Source of the DNA: an uncultured Candidatus Saccharibacteria bacterium
Lineage (GTDB): Bacteria; Patescibacteriota; Andersenbacteria; UBA10190
Reading direction: 5' to 3'
Assembly: GCA_964610055.1 (NCBI GenBank)
Contig: CAZSUC010000002.1
Coordinates: forward strand, 18,283-82,282
DNA: 64,000 bases
Below the pieces are notes generated by a model. It saw nothing but the letters and a program-made list of their open reading frames with translations, was not told where the DNA came from and made no database searches. The position numbers and the translations under genes were made by a program. Below are positions 45,801 through 54,731 of this stretch, one piece after another (position 1 is the stretch's first letter; every line of letters starts with the position of its first letter).

Positions 45801-46054
45801 TATGTGAGTCAGCACCGCAGTTTCCGTATACAGCAGAAGAGTTTGTGCTTGATTTTATTAGACCAGATGGAAAGAAAGGAAATTTCGTGCGGAAAAAAGT
45901 AGAGATTACTGGTGAAGATATGGCTGAACTAAAAGAAACTATTAAAAAAGTATGGAATGAAATTCAGGATCTAGGGTTTATGACAGGAGAGAAAAATTCT
46001 TTTTGTGGGCAGTGTCGTTATTGCCGTCTTGCAGGAGTAGAGATAAATGGGTAG
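42848..46054 (+). CDS. UvrD/PcrA-type helicase fused to a C-terminal PD-(D/E)XK nuclease
   Basis: AGPGTGKT, VDEFQD, GDDKQSIFRF, TAHKAKGLEF, YVALTRA; then GKLDKIE...IVDYKT and terminal cysteines. Confidence 0.93.
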   Translation: MRKVKFAEKYAQLNPAQRAAVDAIEGPMMVIAGPGTGKTQVLAMRIGKILQETQMEPENILCLTFTESGVAAMRERLLELIGEAGYYVRINTFHSFCNEIIQEYPEIFALSPNWRALSSFEKIEILRGCLNNLKGTSRLKPNGDPYMLERDIEKDIKDLKQEDISPDLFQEIVVHMEKFVGAVQKDVVRVDKLKPKERTEVVMSEWLQKLRKEAQVAQLPEGMQGVLDNFKDRYEAMSAEAENEKELSKVRTAIKNEVKKWYSRMEQQLDKQRDLARVYADYQTELKRRGRYDFEDMIMMVIKELGQNDQLLSRYQEQYQYMLVDEFQDTNGAQNEIMSLWGSFDDNPNLFVVGDDKQSIFRFQGASLANMLAFYRKYPQAKIVSLENNYRSQPHVLSMAAAIIKQNEESLAKYIPEVKLDLIPKSKWGECKAEWTEYRTEETENEGVAQRIRHLIDEGVKPEEIAVLFRTNKDGRGILKRLQQLNVPVRLEAGEDALEDIAVQKFIQVLEYINNPVRDDWLGEILQYEWWGFDALVMIQAIREAYTNRQGLWEVIQTKTEFQDFVTKLANWKKRSQQTGLIQFWCEVLNESGWLKWVMQKQDGVVVMQKMNRIVEEARQWKESISEDNRGVNNFVRQLSLLREAGEQLKVRQAHMEEQAVRLMTAHKAKGLEFEHVFIIRLNNRHWGNVVEQNKVPLPHGLVRYDFVMAGGNNEDERRLFYVALTRAKQGLYLSRPIFNVSDNQISPSIFCTEWPAELVQGQNGGESEDQTKVRLLAELQPAKGWKKEEVKSWLKRIASEQVLSATHLNRYLACPQEFYQRFIIRIPEAPTSYLALGTAVHAALDFMVKEKNRDRGERITEASQVFQQVLQREIRESIEYERVLAVGQDMLRRYWEHYADEKVLPAASEWNMGRYNVRVEGVPITGKLDKIELLDPSDALADGSWRRGARVRIVDYKTSELSRGLSQAKHGGDYWRQLGFYKLLCESAPQFPYTAEEFVLDFIRPDGKKGNFVRKKVEITGEDMAELKETIKKVWNEIQDLGFMTGEKNSFCGQCRYCRLAGVEING

Positions 46055-46084
46055 GTTATTAAGAAATCCTAATTTTAATAATTA

Positions 46085-46840
46085 ATGATTTTTATGAGCG
46101 AAGATAAAGCGATTAAAAAAGAAATTAGTAATATGGGTGTTCCGGCCGCGATTGTGATTGCGGGAGGATTGATTGCGCTGGCGGTGTATTTTGGAGGGCA
46201 ATCTGGCAATAATACTCAACAAATAACAGCACAAAATAATGGGGGAGTAACACCAGTGCCGACTGCGTTAGTAGTGGGTGATTCTGGTGTCGGTGAAATT
46301 AGAGACGTCACAACTAACGATTTAGTCCAGGGTTCAGAAGATGCGCCGGTGACAATTATTGAATATTCTGACTTAGAATGTCCGTACTGCAAGCGTTTTC
46401 ATACGACGATGCGACAAGTATTTGCGGATTATAACGGACAAGTAAGATGGGTGTTTCGACATTTCCCGTTAGATCAATTACATAGCCAAGCGCGCCAAGA
46501 AGCGGTAGCGGTAGAATGTGCGGCGGAACAAAACAAAGGCTGGGAATTGTTAGATAAGATTTATGAAGTTACAACTTCAAACGATGGTTTAGATTTAAGT
46601 ACTTTACCGCAATTAGCCCAACAAGTTGGCGTAGGGAATGCGAGTCAATTTACAACTTGTTTAACGGCGGGTGAGCATGATGATAAAATTGTGGCGGATG
46701 AAACTGACGCGCAAGTAGCGGGAGGCAGAGGAACGCCATATTCGGTTTTGATTTTGCAAGATGGAACCAAAATTCCTATTTCAGGAGCGCAACCGATTGA
46801 GAATGTGAAGGCCATTATTGACGCTGCCCTGCAATCGTAA
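46085..46840 (+). CDS. DsbA family thiol-disulfide oxidoreductase
   Basis: EYSDLECPYC, RHFPL, GTP, GAQP; N-terminal TM. Confidence 0.93.
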   Translation: MIFMSEDKAIKKEISNMGVPAAIVIAGGLIALAVYFGGQSGNNTQQITAQNNGGVTPVPTALVVGDSGVGEIRDVTTNDLVQGSEDAPVTIIEYSDLECPYCKRFHTTMRQVFADYNGQVRWVFRHFPLDQLHSQARQEAVAVECAAEQNKGWELLDKIYEVTTSNDGLDLSTLPQLAQQVGVGNASQFTTCLTAGEHDDKIVADETDAQVAGGRGTPYSVLILQDGTKIPISGAQPIENVKAIIDAALQS

Positions 46841-46854
46841 GGTACAATAGAAGC

Positions 46855-47379
46855 ATGAAAGGAAAATTAGTGGTAGGGGCGATAGTGTTATTAGTAGCGA
46901 TAGCTGTTGGCGTGGGTTGGTGGTGGAAACTAAATCAAGGTCCGACAGATGAAGAATTGAGTGTGTTGTTTCAAGAAGAAGGCGAAAGTGAAGACGTGAA
47001 AGTCAGTGACAATGGTAATTATTTGCACGAGGCGCCGGCGGATTTTCCGGAGAGTACAGAAGGATCAGAAGTGGTTGAGGGAACAATAATACCGAATAGT
47101 GAAGTGGAAGTGATTAATCAGAATACGAGTATGACAGAAGTATCAATTAGTGAATTAGGGTTTACTCCAGAAGAGGTGACGGTTGCGCAAGGAGAAAAAG
47201 TGAAATTTGTAAATAACGGCCAAGGTATGCATGAACCAATGCAGACTGATCTGGACGGTTTTGTCGCTGGGATTATGCAAACCGGAGATAGTTATACTTT
47301 TACTTGGGAGATGTCAGGAGAATGGCTGGTAACAGATAAATATAATGATGAAGCGAAATTGAGAGTCGTGGTAGAATAG
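46855..47379 (+). CDS. membrane-anchored cupredoxin-fold protein
   Basis: GFTPEEVTVAQGEKVKFVN..H..GDSYTFT; no Cys copper ligand. Confidence 0.75.
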   Translation: MKGKLVVGAIVLLVAIAVGVGWWWKLNQGPTDEELSVLFQEEGESEDVKVSDNGNYLHEAPADFPESTEGSEVVEGTIIPNSEVEVINQNTSMTEVSISELGFTPEEVTVAQGEKVKFVNNGQGMHEPMQTDLDGFVAGIMQTGDSYTFTWEMSGEWLVTDKYNDEAKLRVVVE

Positions 47380-47385
47380 GCGAGT

Positions 47386-48789
47386 ATGCAAGTAACCTTT
47401 TATGGGGCAGCAGGAGGAGTAACAGGGAGTAAGTTTTTAGTAGAAGTTGGAGATCAAAAAGTATTACTTGATTGTGGAACTTTTCAAGGGATTGCTGATG
47501 TGCGAGCGCGCAATCGTTTTTTTCCATTTGCCCCTGATCAAATTAAGGCGGTGGTTTTGTCGCACGCACATTTAGATCATTGTGGAATGCTGCCGTTATT
47601 AGTGAAGCGAGGTTTTTTAGGAGAAATTTTTGCAACTCCAGCCACGAAGCAAGTAGCCGAATATATGCTTTTAGATGCGGCTGGGATTGAGGAGCAGGAC
47701 GCAGCATACCGGCAGAAACATAAATTAGGCGCTAAGGAGGATCGGCAACCATTGTTTGAAACTAGGGATATTCCAGCAGTGATGAAAAGATTTCGAGAAG
47801 TGCCATATGTTTGGAAGAAAAATGCTTGGCATGAAGTTGTGCCAGGGGTACGAGTGAAACTATATGATGCCGGACATATTTTAGGTTCGGCGGTTGTGGT
47901 GCTTGAACTAACTGAGGGCCAGCAGAAAAAACACATGATGTTTTCGGGCGATTTAGGAGCGCCAGGGCGGCCATTACTGCGTGATCCGCAAGTTCCGGAT
48001 GAACCGGTGCAGGTGGCGTTACTAGAGAGCACGTATGGTGATCGAACACATGAGCCGTATGCACAAGGATTGAACCGATTAGCGGATGTAATCAGAAAAG
48101 TGGCGCAGCGAGGAGGAAAAATAGTTGTACCAGCGTTTTCGTTAGGACGAACGCAAATGCTGGTATATGAATTACATAAGTTACGTAATGAGGATAAAAT
48201 TCCTAAGATTCCGGTGTATGTTGACTCTCCGCTAGCAATAGAAATTACGGATGTATTTAGAGCGAATGCCGGAGATTATGATCGGCAAACTCAAGTTGAT
48301 TTTGGCCAGGCGGGTAAGAAACCGCTCGCGTTTGAGGGGCTCACGTATGTGAAGTCAATTGAAGAGTCAAAACAGCTGAATACTAAAGCGGGTCCTTTTA
48401 TTGTATTATCGGCAGCCGGCATGATGACTTCGGGGCGGGTAGTGCATCATTTACGACATGTTTTGGCGGATGAGAGAAACGCGGTTTTAGTAACTGGCTA
48501 TCAGGCAGAAGGAACAGTAGGGAGAAGGATCTTAGAGGGGGCAAAGAAGGTGGAGCTATACGGCGACATGGTGCCAGTAAGAGCTGAGATAGAAGTTTTT
48601 AATGAGTTTTCGGCACATGCTGATAAGAATGAGTTAATAGATTATGCGCAGCGTTTGCAAGAAGTTGAAAGTATGTATCTAGTGCATGGGGAGCCAAGCG
48701 GAGCAGAGGCACTTAAATTGGAATTGCAGCAGAGACATCCGGAATGGAAAGTGAAGCGTCCGCATGAAGGTGATACGGAAGAGATTTAG
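47386..48789 (+). CDS. MBL-fold beta-CASP ribonuclease
   Basis: SHAHLDH, AGHILGS, ESTYG, PAFSLGR, FSAHAD, VHGE. Confidence 0.93.
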   Translation: MQVTFYGAAGGVTGSKFLVEVGDQKVLLDCGTFQGIADVRARNRFFPFAPDQIKAVVLSHAHLDHCGMLPLLVKRGFLGEIFATPATKQVAEYMLLDAAGIEEQDAAYRQKHKLGAKEDRQPLFETRDIPAVMKRFREVPYVWKKNAWHEVVPGVRVKLYDAGHILGSAVVVLELTEGQQKKHMMFSGDLGAPGRPLLRDPQVPDEPVQVALLESTYGDRTHEPYAQGLNRLADVIRKVAQRGGKIVVPAFSLGRTQMLVYELHKLRNEDKIPKIPVYVDSPLAIEITDVFRANAGDYDRQTQVDFGQAGKKPLAFEGLTYVKSIEESKQLNTKAGPFIVLSAAGMMTSGRVVHHLRHVLADERNAVLVTGYQAEGTVGRRILEGAKKVELYGDMVPVRAEIEVFNEFSAHADKNELIDYAQRLQEVESMYLVHGEPSGAEALKLELQQRHPEWKVKRPHEGDTEEI

Positions 48790-49010
48790 TTGTTCCAGCG
48801 AGGGTGGTTAGGATCCCATTGAGCATTGTGTTTATTGGCGCGGGTAATGTCGGCACGTTGGGATTGCATGTGAGTTACTTGTCCTTTAGCGTAAACTTTA
48901 TTGGCTAAAATCATGCCAATAACAGTTCCGGGGCCAAATCCGATAAGAAAATAGAAGAAAACAATACCAAAAGTACGCAAGAGGAGGCCAGTTAATTCAA
49001 GAGCCGTCAT
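48786..49010 (-). CDS. small membrane protein, hypothetical
   Basis: 74 aa, hydrophobic N-half; stop overlaps the convergent gene. Confidence 0.6.
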   Translation of the reverse strand: MTALELTGLLLRTFGIVFFYFLIGFGPGTVIGMILANKVYAKGQVTHMQSQRADITRANKHNAQWDPNHPRWNN

Positions 49011-49117
49011 AATTTTTTACTACCAGCAGTAATCATGATTTGGGCGACGACATATCCTAAAGCTAGGCCAGTTAAGAAAAAGGCCCCGAACAGTTGTAAG
49101 TGAGATAACCAGTTCAT
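49007..49117 (-). CDS. unannotated 36-aa single-TM peptide
   Basis: MNWLSHLQLFGAFFLTGLALGYVVAQIMITAGSKKL; its TGA overlaps the next ATG (ATGA). Confidence 0.55.
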   Translation of the reverse strand: MNWLSHLQLFGAFFLTGLALGYVVAQIMITAGSKKL

Positions 49118-49170
49118 AAAGGGAGTGTGAGAGTAGACATATCAATGATAGTATAGTACTACAGAGAGTT

Positions 49171-51057
49171 ATGGCAGTGAATCTATTAAAAGTTGGAGAC
49201 AGGTTGATTGGCTCGGGGAAGCCGACGTTTGTAATTGCTGAGGCGGGAATTAACCATAATGGCAGCGTGGAGCGAGCCAAGGATTTAATTGACGCTGCAG
49301 CGACGGCGGGGGCGGACGCGGTTAAATTTCAGAAACGATCACTAAAAGATGTCTATCAAAAAGAAATTTTAGACAATCCCAATAAAGCAGAGCAGCGTTA
49401 TCAGGTTTATATTCCTTTATTAAAGGAGTTTGAGTTTTCAGACGAAGTGTTTTTGGAACTGGAAAAATATGCTCAGCAAAAAGGGATTATGTTTTTGGTG
49501 AATCCATGGGATAAACCCAGTGCGGACAAGATAGAGACGCAACTACATGTTCCAGTGTATAAAGTTGGGTCACCGGATTTAACAAACGATGAACTTCTGG
49601 AATATTTAGCTGCGTTTGGAAAACCAATGATTTTATCGACCGGCATGAGTAGTGCTGACGAGATTGATCATGCGGTAACATTATTGAAGCGCAAAAGAAT
49701 TGATTTTGCGCTTTTGCATTGTAATAGCACTTACCCGGCTCCGTTTGATGAAATTAATTTAAGATTTATGGAAGAATTGGCACGGTACGGGGTGCCGGTG
49801 GGGTATTCGGGGCATGAACGAGGGATAGCTGTTTCAATTGGCGCAGTAGCGCGAGGAGCTTGTATTATTGAGCGACATCTGACGGTTGATAAGGATTTAG
49901 AAGGACCGGATCATAAGGCCAGTCTAACACCGGAAGAATTTCAACAAATGGTTATGGGGATACATGAGGTGGAGCGAGCGGTTGGAGTAAGAGAGAAGAA
50001 ACTGTCTCGCGCGGAAGTAATGAATCGGGAATTATTAGGAAAAAGTATTGTCGCAGCGAAGTTTATTCCGGATGGAGCGATCATTACGCGAGCAATGTTA
50101 ACAACTCGTTCGCCGGCGAAGGGATTATCTCCACAGATGATGGATAAGATTGTGGGTTCGGCGGCACAGCGAGATATTTTTGAAGGAGATGCTTTAACTG
50201 AAGACGATTTAACCGGAACAAATTTTGAGCAAGAGTTTGAGACAGGAGGGATCAAGTGGCAATGGGGCCCGGTGGTGAGATTTAGTGATTTTGAACAGTA
50301 TCTGCGCTATCAGCCAAATTTATTTGAGTTCCATTTAAGTGATAAGGATTTAGAAGAGGACTTGCCGCAAGGAAAATGGAAGCAGCAATTAGTAGTGCAT
50401 GCTCCGGAATATATGAAACGAACATATCTAAATCCAGCAGCAGTTAATAGAGATGAGCGCAAAATAGCGATTAAGACTTTACAAAAGACAATTGAATTAG
50501 CGCGGAAATTAGGAGAGTCATTTGAGGGAGTGCCTAAGATTGTGATTCATCCAGGCGGGATTACTTTAAAACCGTATGATAACAAAAAGGAGCTGCTGGA
50601 TTTATTTAAAGATACTTTAAGTAAGTTGCCGAGCGATGGAGTCGAAATTTTACCGGAAAATTTGCCGCCACGAGCATGGGTCTTCGGAGGAGAGTGGGTA
50701 ACAAATATTTGGATGTTATCCGATGAGATTGAGAATTTTCTACAGGAGACAGGGTATAAGATGACTTTAGATACTTCTCATTTGGCTTTAGCTTGTAATG
50801 TTTATGGTCGGTCATTAAAAGATGAAATTAAAAGATTAAAACCATATATAAGGCACCTGCATGTGTCTGATGCGTCTGGTGTTGGTGATGAAGGTTTGCA
50901 GATTGGACAAGGAGACGTAAATTGGCAAGAAATTTTACAAATACTGGATGATTATAAAGAGACGATGGTGCCAGAGATTTGGCAAGGGCATTTGCATGGC
51001 GGAAGAGGATTTTTGCAAGCAATGCAACATTTAAAGACGTGGTGGAAGAAAGATTAA
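49171..51057 (+). CDS. neuB: NeuB-family nonulosonate synthase + SAF domain fused to a xylose-isomerase/AP-endonuclease-like TIM barrel
   Basis: IAEAGINHNG, AVKFQ, HCNSTYP, GYSGHE, IERHLT; C-terminal PENLPP, LDTSH, HLHVSD, PEIWQGH. Confidence 0.9.
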   Translation: MAVNLLKVGDRLIGSGKPTFVIAEAGINHNGSVERAKDLIDAAATAGADAVKFQKRSLKDVYQKEILDNPNKAEQRYQVYIPLLKEFEFSDEVFLELEKYAQQKGIMFLVNPWDKPSADKIETQLHVPVYKVGSPDLTNDELLEYLAAFGKPMILSTGMSSADEIDHAVTLLKRKRIDFALLHCNSTYPAPFDEINLRFMEELARYGVPVGYSGHERGIAVSIGAVARGACIIERHLTVDKDLEGPDHKASLTPEEFQQMVMGIHEVERAVGVREKKLSRAEVMNRELLGKSIVAAKFIPDGAIITRAMLTTRSPAKGLSPQMMDKIVGSAAQRDIFEGDALTEDDLTGTNFEQEFETGGIKWQWGPVVRFSDFEQYLRYQPNLFEFHLSDKDLEEDLPQGKWKQQLVVHAPEYMKRTYLNPAAVNRDERKIAIKTLQKTIELARKLGESFEGVPKIVIHPGGITLKPYDNKKELLDLFKDTLSKLPSDGVEILPENLPPRAWVFGGEWVTNIWMLSDEIENFLQETGYKMTLDTSHLALACNVYGRSLKDEIKRLKPYIRHLHVSDASGVGDEGLQIGQGDVNWQEILQILDDYKETMVPEIWQGHLHGGRGFLQAMQHLKTWWKKD

Positions 51058-51097
51058 GGGGTTTGCAGACATTAATATTTGTAATTATCCTGGAATC

Positions 51098-51889
51098 ATG
51101 TTTAGACTAGAAAAATTTTATGCACAGGGGTTTGATCCGCAACTGTATTGGGATGATAAATACGCTAAAGAACACATTGCGGGGAAGAGTAGTGATGAAT
51201 TTAAGAAACAAGGATTTTGGCCATTATTAGAGAGTGTCTTAGAAAAAGGGAAACTGTATTTGGATGCAGGATGTGGAATTGGTGGCTGGATATTGTTTTT
51301 GAAAGAGCAAGGATATAACGTTGAAGGAATTGATATTGCGGCGCGGACAGTACGAGCATTAACAGAGTATGATCAAGAATTAAAAGTAAAAGTTGCGAGT
51401 ATTACTCGGATTCCATATGCTGATGAAACTTTAGATGGTTTGTTAGCGATTGGTACGTTGGAATATGTAGATGGAAAAGTGCCAGACGCATTGACTGAAA
51501 TTAAGCGAGTCTTAAAACCAGGAGGAGTGTTATTTGCGGAAGTGCCTATTGTGAATGGGGTGCGTAAGTGGTTATATCTTCCGCTGAAAAGAGTTGAGGG
51601 ATGGGTGCGTCGTCGACAAGGTAGGAAAGCCGTGTTTTCTAATTATTTATTTGATGTAGCTGCATTGCGTCAGAGTTTGGAAGAAGTTGGGTTTAAGGTA
51701 GAAAAGGTGCAGCCACATGAATTACCAGGAGCGAATAATCATTATGGACTATATATTGATTTTCCGTTTTTGCGTGGTAAAAATCCATATCAACTAAATT
51801 TGTTGGGGAGAGTGGTAAAGTGGATTGCAAATTCAATTTCACCGTGGGTTGCTTCAACAGGGGCGATATTTGTAGCGTACAAACAATAA
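51098..51889 (+). CDS. class I SAM-dependent methyltransferase
   Basis: YLDAGCGIG, GIDI, RVLKPGG. Confidence 0.9.
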   Translation: MFRLEKFYAQGFDPQLYWDDKYAKEHIAGKSSDEFKKQGFWPLLESVLEKGKLYLDAGCGIGGWILFLKEQGYNVEGIDIAARTVRALTEYDQELKVKVASITRIPYADETLDGLLAIGTLEYVDGKVPDALTEIKRVLKPGGVLFAEVPIVNGVRKWLYLPLKRVEGWVRRRQGRKAVFSNYLFDVAALRQSLEEVGFKVEKVQPHELPGANNHYGLYIDFPFLRGKNPYQLNLLGRVVKWIANSISPWVASTGAIFVAYKQ

Positions 51890-51892
51890 GAT

Positions 51893-52327
51893 ATGTTTAG
51901 TTGGGTGATACCGGGCAAGAAGTGGCGTTGGTTTTTATTTGCTGCAGCGTTAGCGGGATTGATAATTTCTGGGTATTTGCTTCAAGCTTACGTGTCAAAT
52001 CGTCCAGTGATTTGCGGCCAGAGTGGTGGATGTGAAGTGGTGCGATTAAGTCGTTACGCGGCTTGGTATGGAGTGCCAACGCCTGCTTTAGGAGCGTTGT
52101 TTTATTTAAGTTTGGCAGGAGCGGCAGCATTAATGCCAATGGCCTGGAGCAAGGGAAAAATACTATTGATGCTAATGACGGCGGCTGGTATAGCTGTATC
52201 AGCCGGTTTGTCTTATATAGAGGCATTTGTATTGCACAGTTGGTGCCGGTGGTGCATTGGGAGTGCAGTCGTATCAGTCTTGACATTTATGCTTACATGG
52301 GTTATACTACCAGACTATGACAAGTGA
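51893..52327 (+). CDS. vitamin K epoxide reductase (VKOR) family protein
   Basis: C-X5-C..V..S.YA, GVP and C-terminal WCRWC. Confidence 0.92.
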   Translation: MFSWVIPGKKWRWFLFAAALAGLIISGYLLQAYVSNRPVICGQSGGCEVVRLSRYAAWYGVPTPALGALFYLSLAGAAALMPMAWSKGKILLMLMTAAGIAVSAGLSYIEAFVLHSWCRWCIGSAVVSVLTFMLTWVILPDYDK

Positions 52328-52961
52328 GACGAAAGGCATGTTAGGAATGCTGGTGATAACAGTCGCCATTATTGGTTTAGGAGCTTGGTGGGCGCATTGG
52401 AGCGATAATGGCCAAATTACCGGGGAAGTAGCGGGTGACGTTAATTTGTTATCGCGTTCACAAGAGGTAAATAATGAAGAGGTTGATATGCCAGTGACAT
52501 TGGTTGAATTTAGTGACTTTGAATGTCCAGCGTGTGCGTTATTACACGAACCGTTGCAAGAAGTAGTGAACACTAACGCAGATAAAGTTAATTTTATATT
52601 TCGTCAATTTCCGTTATCATCGCATGAATTTGCTGCGTTGGCTGCTCAGGCTTCTTTAGCTGCGCAGGCGCAAGGAAAAATGTGGGAATATAATGATATC
52701 TTGTTTAATAACCAAGAGGCTTTAGACAAGGACAGTTTAATAAAATATGCAGACCAGTTGGGACTGGATGTCGAAGTTTTTCGTAAAGCGTTAGACGAAG
52801 GGACATATACGGATGTGGTGCGGCAAGATGTGCAAGACGGATATGAATTAGGTTTGCAGGGGACACCAACGTTGTATGTGAATGGAGTGCAGTATATCGG
52901 ACCGTATACCGTGGATGGATTGCAGGCTGCGATTGATGAGGCGTTCGAGCAAGCGCGATAA
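52317..52961 (+). CDS. DsbA family protein
   Basis: EFSDFECPAC, RQFPL, GTPTLYVNG. Confidence 0.93.
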   Translation: MTSETKGMLGMLVITVAIIGLGAWWAHWSDNGQITGEVAGDVNLLSRSQEVNNEEVDMPVTLVEFSDFECPACALLHEPLQEVVNTNADKVNFIFRQFPLSSHEFAALAAQASLAAQAQGKMWEYNDILFNNQEALDKDSLIKYADQLGLDVEVFRKALDEGTYTDVVRQDVQDGYELGLQGTPTLYVNGVQYIGPYTVDGLQAAIDEAFEQAR

Positions 52962-52982
52962 TCTTAACTCGTGTATAACAGT

Positions 52983-53756
52983 ATGCAAAAAGATTTTTCT
53001 TTAGAGGGGAAAACAATTTTAATTACTGGAGGAGCGGGATTTTTGGGTAAATATTTTACAGAGTCTTTAGCGGCAGCGGGCGGGCGCGTGGTGATAGCGG
53101 ATAAAGATGAGGCGGCTGCGATGGAAAGAGCAAAACAATTAGGAGCAGAACATATAGGAGTGAAGATTGATGTAACGAAGAAGGCTAGTATCGAGGCGGT
53201 TTTTGAGCAGATTGGGACTGTCGATGTGGTTGTGAATAACGCAGCGATTGATCCTAAGTTTGATCAACAAGCAGCAAAAAACGATCAATTATTTGAAAAT
53301 TACCCGGAAGAATTATTGGCTTTAAGCGTGAATGTTAATTTATTAGGGTATGTACGGGTGGCACAAGTGGCGGTGAAAAGAATGTTGGCGCAGGGTGGTG
53401 GTAATATTATTAATATTTCTTCGATTTATGGCATGAGCGGACCGGATCAAAGCATATATCCGGAAGGAACGCAGAAGCCAGTAGATTACGCGGTTACTAA
53501 AGGGGGTGTAGTAATGTTAACGAAGTGGTTGGCGACTACATATGGAAGGAATGGTATTCGAGCTAATACTTTGTCGTTAGGCGGAGTATTAAAAGGTCAT
53601 GACGATGATTTTGTGAAAAAATATGGTCAGCATAACGCCTTCGGACGCATGATGGATCCAGCGGAGGTGGGGGCGCCGTTAGTGTTTTTAGCGTCTCAAG
53701 CGTCACGTGGAATGACCGGGCAGATGGTTTGTGTTGACGGAGGTTGGAAAGTTTAG
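52983..53756 (+). CDS. SDR family oxidoreductase (type found in nonulosonate loci)
   Basis: TGGAGFLG, NNAA, SSIYG, YAVTK, VDGG; start ATG 52983. Confidence 0.9.
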   Translation: MQKDFSLEGKTILITGGAGFLGKYFTESLAAAGGRVVIADKDEAAAMERAKQLGAEHIGVKIDVTKKASIEAVFEQIGTVDVVVNNAAIDPKFDQQAAKNDQLFENYPEELLALSVNVNLLGYVRVAQVAVKRMLAQGGGNIINISSIYGMSGPDQSIYPEGTQKPVDYAVTKGGVVMLTKWLATTYGRNGIRANTLSLGGVLKGHDDDFVKKYGQHNAFGRMMDPAEVGAPLVFLASQASRGMTGQMVCVDGGWKV

Positions 53757-54694
53757 AGAGCTGGCCACCGGGAGGGATCAACTTGATCAGGATCAGTGAG
53801 TCCGAGAGAATTTAGTTTAGTTATAATGGCGGGTGGCAAGGATTCATACTGAACAGCGGCAATGGCGGTTTCGAGATGCTTGGGTTTGATAGTACCAATT
53901 AGGATAGTCGAGACAGCTGGATGAGAGGCTACAAAACGGAAAGCTAATTCAGGCAGGGTAATGCCAAGGTCATGGGCAATCTGAGCGGCTTGATCGGCAG
54001 CGTGGTTAAGAGGGTCAAGCTGAGCCGGTAAGGCAGAGCGTTTATCGGTTAATACTCCTTTGAGTAAGACAGAACGATTGATGATGCCGACGTTATTGGC
54101 TAACGCGGTAGACAAGACACGAGGTGCCATGCGTTGGTCTAAGATACTATAGGCAGTTTGAATAGTATGATAGTGTCCGGATTGAATAGCGGCGAGAGGA
54201 ATATCTTCGCCGCGAGTGGCAACGCCAAGGTATTTGATTTTGCCTTCACTTTGGAGGGATAGCATGATCTCGGTTAATTCAGGCAAATGAGCATAATCTG
54301 GTAGCTCTAGATGCAATTGTACAAGAGTAAGAGTGTCTAGTTTGAGCAAACGGCGGCTTTCATCAATTTCAGCGCGAATGCGTTGGGCAAGATCAGTGCC
54401 AGTGAGATCTGGTTCTTGTTTTAAGAATTGACCGCATTTAGTACCAATGGTGATGCCAGGGGTAGTACTGATGCCAAATTTGCCGAGACGTTCTTCAGCG
54501 AGACCATAAGCCCGGGCGGTGTCGAAATAGGTAATACCTAAATCAAGGGCTGATTTGAGAATATGCTCGGCTTCTTGATCGGTGGGAAGGCCTTTATTCG
54601 CAATGCCATAAGGCAGACCAATTTCAACGGTGCCAAGACCGATGCGGGAGATTGAAAGCCCGGTTTGGCCTAAAGTAGAGACAGGGATAGACAT
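53753..54694 (-). CDS. aldo/keto reductase
   Basis: IGLGT, FDTARAYG.AE, GTK, YSILDQR, RSVLLKG. Confidence 0.92.
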   Translation of the reverse strand: MSIPVSTLGQTGLSISRIGLGTVEIGLPYGIANKGLPTDQEAEHILKSALDLGITYFDTARAYGLAEERLGKFGISTTPGITIGTKCGQFLKQEPDLTGTDLAQRIRAEIDESRRLLKLDTLTLVQLHLELPDYAHLPELTEIMLSLQSEGKIKYLGVATRGEDIPLAAIQSGHYHTIQTAYSILDQRMAPRVLSTALANNVGIINRSVLLKGVLTDKRSALPAQLDPLNHAADQAAQIAHDLGITLPELAFRFVASHPAVSTILIGTIKPKHLETAIAAVQYESLPPAIITKLNSLGLTDPDQVDPSRWPAL

Positions 54695-54731
54695 AACTTT
54701 ATGCTAAGACATAGTGTGCTACACTGCCAAC

